Positions 18,082-27,102 of a stretch of 64,000 nucleotides of DNA are shown here, piece after piece. The stretch spans positions 1-64,000 of the IMG/VR virus record IMGVR_UViG_3300037583_000003. One strand, 5' to 3'. The position numbers were made by a program, and so were the translations under genes. A model generated the notes under the pieces. It was not told the origin of the DNA. It saw only the letters and a program-made list of their open reading frames with translations, and did no database searches. The DNA is from a virus. Position 1 is the first letter of the stretch; every line of letters starts with the position of its first letter.

Positions 18082-18561
18082 ATGGATACGCAGACAAACA
18101 GTATAAAGATCGGTGTTGTTACAAAGTCAGTGTTAGAGATGATGCTAGCAGGGTCAACCACGGAAGCTGTCACGGTTAAGTGCGGTAAAGATGTTTATAG
18201 CTGGAACTGTGATGCTTTTGTTGAAGGCGACGGTAATGCTTATGTTTACGGTAACGGCAATGCAATTGTTAAAGGTAATGGTAACGCAACTGTCGTGGGT
18301 AACGGTGATGCTTACGTCCTAGGTAACGGTAATGCAACTGTAGATGGCGATGGTAATGCTCATGTCGTAGGCAACGGCAACGCAACTGTCAGTGGCAACG
18401 GTGATGCAGTTGTTGATGGAAATGGTAATGCAACTGTAGATGGTAACGGTAGTACAGCTGTCTGGGGTGATGGTAATGCACTTGTTAAAGGTAATGGCAC
18501 ATCTCTAGTATGGGGTGATGGTACATCCGTAGTGTGGGGTGATCACGATATACCGTTTTAG
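18082..18561 (+). CDS. Octapeptide G(N/D)G(N/D)AxVx repeat beta-solenoid protein
   Basis: About 14 tandem 8-residue repeats; ORF track 18070..18561. Confidence 0.75.
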   Translation: MDTQTNSIKIGVVTKSVLEMMLAGSTTEAVTVKCGKDVYSWNCDAFVEGDGNAYVYGNGNAIVKGNGNATVVGNGDAYVLGNGNATVDGDGNAHVVGNGNATVSGNGDAVVDGNGNATVDGNGSTAVWGDGNALVKGNGTSLVWGDGTSVVWGDHDIPF

Positions 18562-18825
18562 GTGTGGCTTCATGTGGCTCACCTGTACCCCACCAAACAA
18601 TGATTAGAATAGGTTTTTGCAAGGAAGTAGCCAGTGTAAAACCACCTCATTTTTTTGGGGTGGAGTGTTATTAAATTAGAGGAAATTGAGTATGAACACA
18701 GTGACTAAAGAAAAACTCACAGCAGACTACTGTGACATAACTAACTCTTGGAACACCAGTAACATTAACCACTATGACACGAGTGTAGTAACCTACAGCT
18801 ACGGTACTGGATTTGAGGTAGTCCA

Positions 18826-19242
18826 ATGAAAAGTCTCGAACAAATGACACCTAGGGAACTACATGAGGAAGTCCTCAGTTTAGACTTTAATAAGCTAACA
18901 GAATCTAGTAACCTTGACTTTATACTAAGGTACTCCAGACTTGCAGTAAAGCTACAAGCGTTTACATCTTTCAAGCTGTTAGAAGTAATTACCAAAGGAA
19001 ACTTAAACAATAAGTTAGTAGAAGAAAAGATCCTAGAAGGGATAATGAGTAACCACTGTGAGAACAGTCGGAGACCTTCACCAGAGGGTTTTGACACTAG
19101 ATACATAAACCAGGAGTACAGTTGGGACTTTGACAAACCTGACTATGGTTACACTCCAATACACATACCAAATTCAGCTGATCCAGATGACGTGGATAGT
19201 TACGTTGCACTTGTGACGATATATGAAGTAAACGACAACTAG
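18826..19242 (+). CDS. Hypothetical protein
   Basis: ORF track, GAGGT SD. Confidence 0.6.
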   Translation: MKSLEQMTPRELHEEVLSLDFNKLTESSNLDFILRYSRLAVKLQAFTSFKLLEVITKGNLNNKLVEEKILEGIMSNHCENSRRPSPEGFDTRYINQEYSWDFDKPDYGYTPIHIPNSADPDDVDSYVALVTIYEVNDN

Positions 19243-19257
19243 ACCTAGGGACATAAA

Positions 19258-19509
19258 ATGAAAACAATAGTTGTACTATTTAGTAATACATATGAACCTA
19301 CAGAGTTCATAACAACAAAATCAACAGACCTAGACACTATCCTATTATTAGGTAAAGACTCTCCACTATTCGAACTATATAGAATGAAGAGTAGTGCAAA
19401 GCTACCATCCGAGACTACCCTAAGAAGAGACGCAGCTAGTTGTGGTATGAGCTTTATGGAGCTTAAGTACCAACAACTCAGACTACGATCTACTAAAATC
19501 CCCTATTAA
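19258..19509 (+). CDS. Hypothetical protein
   Basis: ORF track. Confidence 0.55.
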   Translation: MKTIVVLFSNTYEPTEFITTKSTDLDTILLLGKDSPLFELYRMKSSAKLPSETTLRRDAASCGMSFMELKYQQLRLRSTKIPY

Positions 19510-19529
19510 ACTAAACAAGGAATACTACT

Positions 19530-20309
19530 ATGAGTACCAAATCGACAGTCGGTGATAAAAGCCTAGAAACACTAAAAGTACTAATCTCTCAAATATCACG
19601 TAGTCGCTTAAACAACGCTATTACAGAAAAAAACTACACAGAGCTTATGAAGAATTGTCTAAAAGTAGTTACTAGTATTTCAGGTAAGAAAGAAGCTATT
19701 GCAAACTTATCGGTAGATGGTCAGTCATGGCAATCAATTGTGAACAGTCTACTGCTTTCTTGCACCTCACCGTCAGAACCAGAACCAGTAAACTTCAAAG
19801 ACTGGCTAGCCTCAGAAGGAGTAGACACAGAGTACTTTTGGGAACAGTGTAAACGTAAGAATAACAAGTTCTCCTACAATCCTAGTAGAAAGGGTCTGGC
19901 AGGTTACAAAAGTAGGCACTGGTTAACACAATCTTTTTCATGGTATCATTCAATAAAAGGTGAGTCCTACTGGAAAGGTATTGATGATAAATGGCAAGAG
20001 CTATTAGAAACTGACCCAAAAACTACATTTGGATTCTCTACCAAACCGGTTAAAGAGTATGACGAAGACGGAGTACAGTACTTAGACGTAGACTCTAGCT
20101 ACTTACCAGACGTAGATGAAAGCATTGAATACCAAGCTACAGACGAAACTGGTAACGTATACTTATACCCTACTAAACCTACTACTAGTACTTCCGTGTG
20201 GTTGTGTAACAAAAGGGGTTTAACTTACTACTCCCACTTAGACACTAAGAAACACAAGAACCCTAACAAGTGGAAAAAGTCACTTAGACGTTTACGAATC
20301 AAGGAGTAG
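19530..20309 (+). CDS. Multidomain hypothetical protein with a C-terminal Y.ATD..G..Y.Y..KP...W..SLR domain
   Basis: The C-terminal domain matches the three MKTCKRKY paralogs at 47.5-48.9 kb. Confidence 0.65.
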   Translation: MSTKSTVGDKSLETLKVLISQISRSRLNNAITEKNYTELMKNCLKVVTSISGKKEAIANLSVDGQSWQSIVNSLLLSCTSPSEPEPVNFKDWLASEGVDTEYFWEQCKRKNNKFSYNPSRKGLAGYKSRHWLTQSFSWYHSIKGESYWKGIDDKWQELLETDPKTTFGFSTKPVKEYDEDGVQYLDVDSSYLPDVDESIEYQATDETGNVYLYPTKPTTSTSVWLCNKRGLTYYSHLDTKKHKNPNKWKKSLRRLRIKE

Positions 20310-20312
20310 TTT

Positions 20313-20891
20313 ATGTCAACAAGTAAAGAATCAAAAGTACGCAATAACGAAGGAATTACAAATGATCTAACAACAAAGATGGTGCTAGAGTTAATGGAGT
20401 ACCTAGAAGGAAAGAACACACCACCTCCACTTTTCGACTTCTTATCCGTACCTAAAGAAGAGTTATCAAAGCTTAGCTCATACAACTTCTCGTATACACC
20501 TGTACCAACAAATAAGAAGGTAGTTACGTTAGCTACATGGTTAAATCATGTGTACATGTACGGTGAAACAAAAAACCTACATCTAACAACTCTTGCATCC
20601 TTATGTGATCTACGCCTTAGATTAAATCTTCCAAATTCACACTGTTTTAGAAACCTTATTGACAGTGCGCCACTAGGTCTTTTACCCTTTATCGGAGAAA
20701 TAGAATACATTTCTTGGAATATACTCGGGGAGTGGGAAAGATCGGATCGCAGTACAACTGATATGGCATCAGCTGTAGGTGTATTTAAAGTACCTAGTGG
20801 TACAGGGATTCCAGCCATACGTTATGTAGTGGCTGCTCTACGGAGTCGTTACATTGGACAACTTAGCCCACAATTAAGTACAAATAACTAA
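20313..20891 (+). CDS. Hypothetical protein
   Basis: ORF track, AAGGAG SD. Confidence 0.65.
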   Translation: MSTSKESKVRNNEGITNDLTTKMVLELMEYLEGKNTPPPLFDFLSVPKEELSKLSSYNFSYTPVPTNKKVVTLATWLNHVYMYGETKNLHLTTLASLCDLRLRLNLPNSHCFRNLIDSAPLGLLPFIGEIEYISWNILGEWERSDRSTTDMASAVGVFKVPSGTGIPAIRYVVAALRSRYIGQLSPQLSTNN

Positions 20892-20909
20892 ACCAAAGAG
20901 GATACGAAA

Positions 20910-21122
20910 ATGGACAAACAACCTATCAATGTACTTCTACAAGACATCCCCTACCTGATTGGATTTACATCAGTTTTCCTTTTAATTCTTGCTGTAATTG
21001 CCGGTTGGATTATGAACATCATAAGCTTATTCGGTATGGAAACAGTAACAACTATTGAGGGTATCCTACGTATAGTAGGTATCTTCATCGCCCCTCTAGG
21101 TTCAATCATGGGGTATTTATAA
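20910..21122 (+). CDS. Small two-TM membrane protein
   Basis: GWIMNI...ILRIVGIFIAPLGSIMGY, a common phage small membrane family. Confidence 0.7.
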   Translation: MDKQPINVLLQDIPYLIGFTSVFLLILAVIAGWIMNIISLFGMETVTTIEGILRIVGIFIAPLGSIMGYL

Positions 21123-21131
21123 GGAGTTATA

Positions 21132-21695
21132 ATGAACCTTAACCTAGGTACAATAGCAGCAGTACTTTTTATGGTGGTATCGTTCATCTACCTACCACTA
21201 GTGGGAGCTATAGCGTTTTTCGTAGCTGTAGGTATACTGATAGCAAACGTTGAGTCAAACCATACAGAGGAGACTCCAGACACTCCAGTCAAACCTAAAC
21301 CACGTAACCTAAAACTACAATCCCTACTTACCAGACCTACTACCACTACCCCAGTAAAAGAAACTACCCAACCTAGGAGTAGTAAAACCTTTAGGGTTAA
21401 ACAAACAGCTAGGGAGCTTAATGAACTATCTCCAGACCACGTTGCAGAGTACATGGAGTCTGAAGAGTGGAAACTTCTAAGAAGCAAGGTAATAACCAGA
21501 GATAACTTTGTATGCCAGATATGTTCATCACCATATAGTTTAGTAGTTCACCATATTACCTACATCAGATTTACAAAAGAACTACTACCTGATCTAACGA
21601 CACTATGTAGATCTTGCCATCAGGACTTACACAATAACCTGGGCACTTCCAGACTAATAAGTTACCCAATCAATAGGAGTCAATACTATGAGTGA
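21132..21695 (+). CDS. HNH endonuclease with N-terminal transmembrane anchor
   Basis: W...R..V..RD...CQIC...VHHITY...LTTLCRSCH..LH, preceded by two hydrophobic helices and a Pro/Thr linker. Confidence 0.8.
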   Translation: MNLNLGTIAAVLFMVVSFIYLPLVGAIAFFVAVGILIANVESNHTEETPDTPVKPKPRNLKLQSLLTRPTTTTPVKETTQPRSSKTFRVKQTARELNELSPDHVAEYMESEEWKLLRSKVITRDNFVCQICSSPYSLVVHHITYIRFTKELLPDLTTLCRSCHQDLHNNLGTSRLISYPINRSQYYE

Positions 21696-21819
21696 CAACA
21701 ATGAATACCCTACAAACCTAACGTTAATCGAAAAACTACTACTACTCTTAGCTATAGTCCTAGCAGTTGCAAGCGTAGTTACTGGCTGTTCACTAATACA
21801 ATAGCTAAGGACATCTACC

Positions 21820-23217
21820 ATGAATTTAGTACCTACACTACCAACGGAATACCAACATTCTCTAGACTTACTGAGCCATCCAATCTTTGCTACAGACAGC
21901 TACAAACTCTCACACTTCTTACAGTACAACCCTAGTGGTGAGTCTATCTATTCTCACTACATTAACCGTACAGAAGATGAGGAGGTATACTTCACTGGCT
22001 TAGACTACATTATCAAGACATACCTAAGTGAGAAGTTTACAACTGACATGTTCTTTTTACTTAACACATGGTGCAACTTCCAGGGAATACCTTGCAATCA
22101 CTCAGGTTTTCTAAAGCTGCTTTATGACTACGACGGTTACCTGCCAGTAACAATCACAGCTGTACCAGAAAACAATTACTACCCTAGCAAGCTACCTTTA
22201 TTCACCGTAACTAACAACGGTGGAGCTGACATGCTATGGTGTGTAGGTATCGTAGAAACCCTACTTATGAAGGTATGGTATCCCTCAGCAGTGGCCACTA
22301 AAGCAGGTAGAGTACACACAAAATTAAGTCACTACTTTCGAAAGAGTTCTCAATGTCCTGAAGCTAACATTAAATACTCTTACCACAACTTTGGTGCAAG
22401 AGGTTCATGTACAGAAGAACAATCACTACTAGGAGGTATGGCTCATCTACACGTATTCTCTGGTACAGACAACTTCAAGTCTGTAATTGCCTACGACCTA
22501 TACTACAAAAGTAAAGAGTTCCCATCCCTATCCATTCCAGCTACTGAACACTCTACAACTTGTTCTGTAGGTAAAGAAAACGAATTCCAATTCGTACTAG
22601 ACCATGTAAACACTTGCATCAGTCTCGACTACCACCTAATGGCAGCTGTTGTAGATACATACGACACAGAAAAACTAGTTAACCTAATTACAGCACCAGA
22701 TTCACCTATCAGAGCAGCCTTAGAAGAGTCTAGATCTAAACTAGTACTAAGACCAGACTCAGGTGATCCAGTAACAGAAGTCACTAACGTATTCCGCATT
22801 CTCAAAAACAACGGTTGTCTACACGTAAACAGTAAGGGTTACTGGACTAGTGATCATTTCTCAGTATTATGGGGAGACGGAGCTACATTAGAAGTAATAG
22901 ATGCCCTAGCTAATAACTGGGTTTACAACCTTCAAGCCTCTATGGATATCCTAGCTTTCGGATCAGGTGGAGACCTAATACAATCTGTATCAAGAGACAC
23001 ACATAAGACAGCAATCAAGGCTTCAGCTATTCTAGTAAACAACAAGTGGGAGGGTATCAGCAAAGAACCAATTGCAGAACCATTTAAAAAGTCTCTAAAG
23101 GGTAGAGTAGTCACCTGCAAGGTTAACAACAAACTAGTAGTTATGGACATGGACTCACCAGAGTACGACCAATCCACTAACATTATGAAAGTAGTGTACA
23201 ACTACGATAAGGATTAG
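21820..23217 (+). CDS. nadV: Nicotinamide phosphoribosyltransferase (NAMPT)
   Basis: TDSYKLSH, VWYPS.VAT, HNFGARG, F.GTD, SIPATEHS, VDTYD, LRPDSGDP, WGDG, AFGSGG, KKSLKG. Confidence 0.93.
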   Translation: MNLVPTLPTEYQHSLDLLSHPIFATDSYKLSHFLQYNPSGESIYSHYINRTEDEEVYFTGLDYIIKTYLSEKFTTDMFFLLNTWCNFQGIPCNHSGFLKLLYDYDGYLPVTITAVPENNYYPSKLPLFTVTNNGGADMLWCVGIVETLLMKVWYPSAVATKAGRVHTKLSHYFRKSSQCPEANIKYSYHNFGARGSCTEEQSLLGGMAHLHVFSGTDNFKSVIAYDLYYKSKEFPSLSIPATEHSTTCSVGKENEFQFVLDHVNTCISLDYHLMAAVVDTYDTEKLVNLITAPDSPIRAALEESRSKLVLRPDSGDPVTEVTNVFRILKNNGCLHVNSKGYWTSDHFSVLWGDGATLEVIDALANNWVYNLQASMDILAFGSGGDLIQSVSRDTHKTAIKASAILVNNKWEGISKEPIAEPFKKSLKGRVVTCKVNNKLVVMDMDSPEYDQSTNIMKVVYNYDKD

Positions 23218-23220
23218 ATC

Positions 23221-24420
23221 ATGTCAAGAAACGTGGTATTTATAGGACGTATGTCAATTCCTCACAAAGGACACATTGACACTATCATTGACGGCTTACA
23301 CCTACTAAGTGAAGGGGGAACTCTACACATAGTACTAGGGAGCAGCTTAGCCTACCGTACACACAAAGACCCATTTGGTTCAGTTCTAAGAAAGATTATG
23401 ATCCGTAGTTCACTAATGGCCGTGGGTATCAACACAACGTACCAAAAGTTATCACCTGATACCTACTTAGTACCTATAAACAATACAAACCTAACACTTA
23501 AGTTCCACCACGTACCAGATCAACACTCCTACGACAGATGGGTATCTAGTATTGAAGATCTTATCAGCCTAGAAGATACAATAATTATTGGTCATGACAA
23601 GGACGGGAAAGGTGATCACCTAACTAAGTTCACCTCATGGGAATTCCATGATACAGGACTAAAACGACCTAGAGCACACGAGGTTTACAATTCCTCTGAC
23701 TCAAGAGCTTCTATGTACCGCAGCAAGCTAGCTAGAGCAGATACACTACCTAGGTTACCAGAGCTGTCTTCCCCTTACCTACCCCAATCAGTAGTGGAGA
23801 ACCTAAACCACTTCTACACAACAGATGAGTGTCAAAGACTAGCAGAGGAGTGGCAACTACTAAAAAACTACCACTCCATCTGGGGTACAGGACCATTCCA
23901 GACTGCTGACATCATCTTGAAGTGTGGACCAGACATAGTGTTCATAGAACGCAGTACACACCCAGGCAAGGGATCTTTAGCACTTCCAGGTGGCTTCATA
24001 GAGGAATCAGACAAAGACTCCCTAGATGCAGGCTTACGAGAGCTTATAGAGGAAACAGAGTGTTCACTTCCAATTGAAACTTTAAGACTATACGCAACTA
24101 GATCTAAACACTTTACTCAAGAAGGTAGATCAGAACGTAACATCCAAACTACAGCTCACTTAATAGAGTTGCCAGACGACAAGTATTGCTTCGTAACAGA
24201 AGAATACCCAGAAGGTACTACTAGCCTAGATAGCGTAACTCTAAGTAGAACTAGTGAGGCAACTACAATCAGTCTAGTCCACGAGAGTCTACTAGAACAA
24301 TACTGCTGCCGTTTCTTTAGTGACCATAAAGAAATAGTACAAACACTGCTTAAAAAGCAAAGGAGTACCTATGAACAATACAATCGAGCTAACAAAACAA
24401 CAAATGAAAGACTTCACTAA
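23221..24420 (+). CDS. Bifunctional NMN adenylyltransferase / Nudix hydrolase (NadM-Nudix, NatV-like)
   Basis: FIGRMSIPHKGH (HxGH), KDPF...R; Nudix box ALPGGFIE...AGLRELIEET; FFSDH. Confidence 0.9.
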   Translation: MSRNVVFIGRMSIPHKGHIDTIIDGLHLLSEGGTLHIVLGSSLAYRTHKDPFGSVLRKIMIRSSLMAVGINTTYQKLSPDTYLVPINNTNLTLKFHHVPDQHSYDRWVSSIEDLISLEDTIIIGHDKDGKGDHLTKFTSWEFHDTGLKRPRAHEVYNSSDSRASMYRSKLARADTLPRLPELSSPYLPQSVVENLNHFYTTDECQRLAEEWQLLKNYHSIWGTGPFQTADIILKCGPDIVFIERSTHPGKGSLALPGGFIEESDKDSLDAGLRELIEETECSLPIETLRLYATRSKHFTQEGRSERNIQTTAHLIELPDDKYCFVTEEYPEGTTSLDSVTLSRTSEATTISLVHESLLEQYCCRFFSDHKEIVQTLLKKQRSTYEQYNRANKTTNERLH

Positions 24421-24835
24421 CGGTAAGTCTATCACTTTAGTACCTCCAACTAAGAAACCTTGGTGTCCTTTAACAGATGGCTATTGGACTTTTAACCACA
24501 GTGTCACACTTAACAAAAACCTAAGACGAAAAACATGGGAGGATTCAACAAAACTAGAAAAAATCATCCTTGAAAATTCAAGGCTGAGCCAGTACCAGTA
24601 CATCCACGACCGTGATGAAAACGACGTTTTATGGAAACCAGACTGGGATAACATCAGACTCCCAAAATGTCATATCTTTTTTGCCCATGACTTACAAAAG
24701 TACGAAGCACGACAAAACAACTTCATGGAAACCTCAACTACCGTCTATTTCTCAGAAGAAGCAGCTGCTACTTTACTAGAGAAACTCAACAAAGGCGAGA
24801 TCGACTTCTACACCGGTAAAGGATGTCCAGTATGA
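24371..24835 (+). CDS. W.PDW-family paralog 1
   Basis: RL.QYQY..D...WKPDW...YFSEEA...LLEKLN.G....TGKG. Confidence 0.75.
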   Translation: MNNTIELTKQQMKDFTNGKSITLVPPTKKPWCPLTDGYWTFNHSVTLNKNLRRKTWEDSTKLEKIILENSRLSQYQYIHDRDENDVLWKPDWDNIRLPKCHIFFAHDLQKYEARQNNFMETSTTVYFSEEAAATLLEKLNKGEIDFYTGKGCPV

Positions 24836-25338
24836 GTAATACAATTACGCTAACAACAGAACAAATGAAAGAATTCGAGCTAGGTAACAGTATCACCTTG
24901 ACTCCACCTAAGCCTACAAAAGCTAATTGGGATCCTATTGAGAATGAAGGTTACTTCTACGATCTAGTGGCAGAACAAACTAATTTCTCACCACGAAGAG
25001 TAACCCAAAAACAACTTATTCCTTTTGTGAGAAGAACTTACCATGAAGCTCTTGAGCTAGGTCGAGACATGCAAGAGTACTCACGTCTCAAACAGTACCA
25101 GTACCTCAACGATCTGCTGAGTGACGGTACAGTGTGGACACCAGATTGGAGTAATGACGACCAAGACAAGTACTACTTAGCGTTTAGTCCTACGGACCAA
25201 AAGTACCTCAGATACAACAGTTACACTGTAAAAACCGCAAGCACCGTGTTCTTCTCAAAACAAGCAATAGATACTCTAATAGTAAAACTTAACAACGGCA
25301 CTATTAACTTCAGATCAGGTAAAGGATGTATAGCATGA
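24832..25338 (+). CDS. W.PDW-family paralog 2
   Basis: Same motifs; ATGA overlap at 24832. Confidence 0.75.
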   Translation: MSNTITLTTEQMKEFELGNSITLTPPKPTKANWDPIENEGYFYDLVAEQTNFSPRRVTQKQLIPFVRRTYHEALELGRDMQEYSRLKQYQYLNDLLSDGTVWTPDWSNDDQDKYYLAFSPTDQKYLRYNSYTVKTASTVFFSKQAIDTLIVKLNNGTINFRSGKGCIA

Positions 25339-25850
25339 GTAGTATAAGTATAAAACTTACGGCAACACAGGTGAAAGCTTTAAAGAAACAACTAGAGGAA
25401 TTAGAGGGGAGTGGGGAGATTACCTTACCTACTAAAACTTGGAATCCAGTTACAGACGATGGCTACTACTACGACCTAAAAGAGGAAAAAAGTTTCTTTA
25501 CCATCGGAGAAACAATTACTTCAAGGTTTGTACCTATTATGAGAGAAACTTCTATAGAGGCTGGTGTCCTGAGCAAGGACACCTTAGAATTTTTAAGAAT
25601 GAAGCAGTACCAAAGTTTAAACGACCTTTTAGGAGACGGTACTACTTGGAAACCAGATTGGAATGACTTAGATCAATTAAAATGTTGTGTAGTATACGAT
25701 GTTAGATACAGTGAGTATGTAATCATTCGGAATCAAGCTTTACAACACAAATGTACTCCATATTTTTCAGAGGAAGCAATCACTACCTTACTAGCTAAGT
25801 TAAATAGCGGGACAGTATGTTTCAAGACAGGTAAGGGGTGCGTAGCATGA
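25335..25850 (+). CDS. W.PDW-family paralog 3
   Basis: Same motifs; ATGA overlap at 25335. Confidence 0.75.
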   Translation: MSSISIKLTATQVKALKKQLEELEGSGEITLPTKTWNPVTDDGYYYDLKEEKSFFTIGETITSRFVPIMRETSIEAGVLSKDTLEFLRMKQYQSLNDLLGDGTTWKPDWNDLDQLKCCVVYDVRYSEYVIIRNQALQHKCTPYFSEEAITTLLAKLNSGTVCFKTGKGCVA

Positions 25851-26368
25851 ACAGTATGAGTAATACAGTCACAATTACAGCAACAGTAACAGTTAAACAA
25901 ATGGAAGGCTTTGCCAACGGTAAACACATAGTTTTATCCCCTACTACAGAAGGTACTTGGAATCCCTTTAGTAGTACAGGTTACTTCCATTCTCCTAGAG
26001 CTAATGGTGTAGTATTTTCCGCCAAAAACAGTATACACCCTAAACTTGTACTACTTAAGAGACAGCAAACCAATGAGGCAGAAGAACTAAACCAATGTTT
26101 ACAGGAGTACTTACGACTTAAGCAATACCAGTACATGTATGATCGTGATGAGAACGGTGTTGTATGGAAACCAGATTGGGATAACACCAGCCTCCTAAAG
26201 TACTCCGTCTTTTTTGACCACGAATTTCAAAAATACGAAAAACTACAAAACAACTCCATGGAAACCTTAACTACCGCCTATTTCTCAGAAGAAGCAATTA
26301 GTACTTTACTAGAGAAACTCAACAACAGTGAACTATGTCTAGTTACTGGTAAAGGATTCTCACAGTGA
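25847..26368 (+). CDS. W.PDW-family paralog 4
   Basis: Same motifs; ATGA overlap at 25847. Confidence 0.75.
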   Translation: MNSMSNTVTITATVTVKQMEGFANGKHIVLSPTTEGTWNPFSSTGYFHSPRANGVVFSAKNSIHPKLVLLKRQQTNEAEELNQCLQEYLRLKQYQYMYDRDENGVVWKPDWDNTSLLKYSVFFDHEFQKYEKLQNNSMETLTTAYFSEEAISTLLEKLNNSELCLVTGKGFSQ

Positions 26369-27102
26369 AGTACCACGTAGTACCTCCATCTGAGCCTAGT
26401 GACTCATCCCTATTTATAACAGACATCATCAGTCCTAACTCTGTACCTCTATCAGAAGCAGAAGTAGTAGTTTGTGTAGGTGGAGATGGTACACTCTTAA
26501 GAACAGCACAACAACCTAGCTATAGAGAACTACCTATCTATGGTATCAATGGTGGAACAGTGGGTTTCTTAATGAACCACTTACACACCAAAGACTTACC
26601 ATATCTAGAAAGCATATTAGATTTAGCTACTACTATACAAACCAATATGATGACCGTGTCAATTGACTACGGTAAACCTTATCAAGTATTCAACGAAGTT
26701 ATGGTAGGTGGTGATATGTCTACTTGGGCAAACTTCTCTATAAACAACAAAGAAGACTTAGTAGGTGACCTTAAAGGTGGAGGTATCATCGTATCTACAG
26801 CCCAAGGGTCTACAGGTATAAACAAAAACAATGGTGGAGCTGTACTACCCATAACATCTAACCTATGGTCTTTGACTGGTGACAAGACTGATCGTAAGAT
26901 TAACCACGTAACTACACCAACAACTTTAGACATAACAGTAACATCAAGGTCACCTATATCAGTATGGGTTGATGGTAAACTAGTATCAGATGCAAGCTAC
27001 AACTTCCCTCTAGTCGTAAGCGTAGAACCTTCAGACGAGAAGGTAACACTCCTATTCAGTGATGACAGAGGATTCCTATTAAAACGGAGGGATGGCAAGT
27101 AA
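26365..27102 (+). CDS. nadK: NAD kinase
   Basis: GGDGTLL, GINGGTVGFL, FNEV, GGIIVSTAQGSTG.N...GG, VDG motifs. Confidence 0.9.
   Translation: MKYHVVPPSEPSDSSLFITDIISPNSVPLSEAEVVVCVGGDGTLLRTAQQPSYRELPIYGINGGTVGFLMNHLHTKDLPYLESILDLATTIQTNMMTVSIDYGKPYQVFNEVMVGGDMSTWANFSINNKEDLVGDLKGGGIIVSTAQGSTGINKNNGGAVLPITSNLWSLTGDKTDRKINHVTTPTTLDITVTSRSPISVWVDGKLVSDASYNFPLVVSVEPSDEKVTLLFSDDRGFLLKRRDGK

Noticed and set aside
24371-26368. Diversity-generating retroelement behind the paralog array
   Set aside because: No reverse transcriptase in the window, and differences between copies are not adenine-specific.
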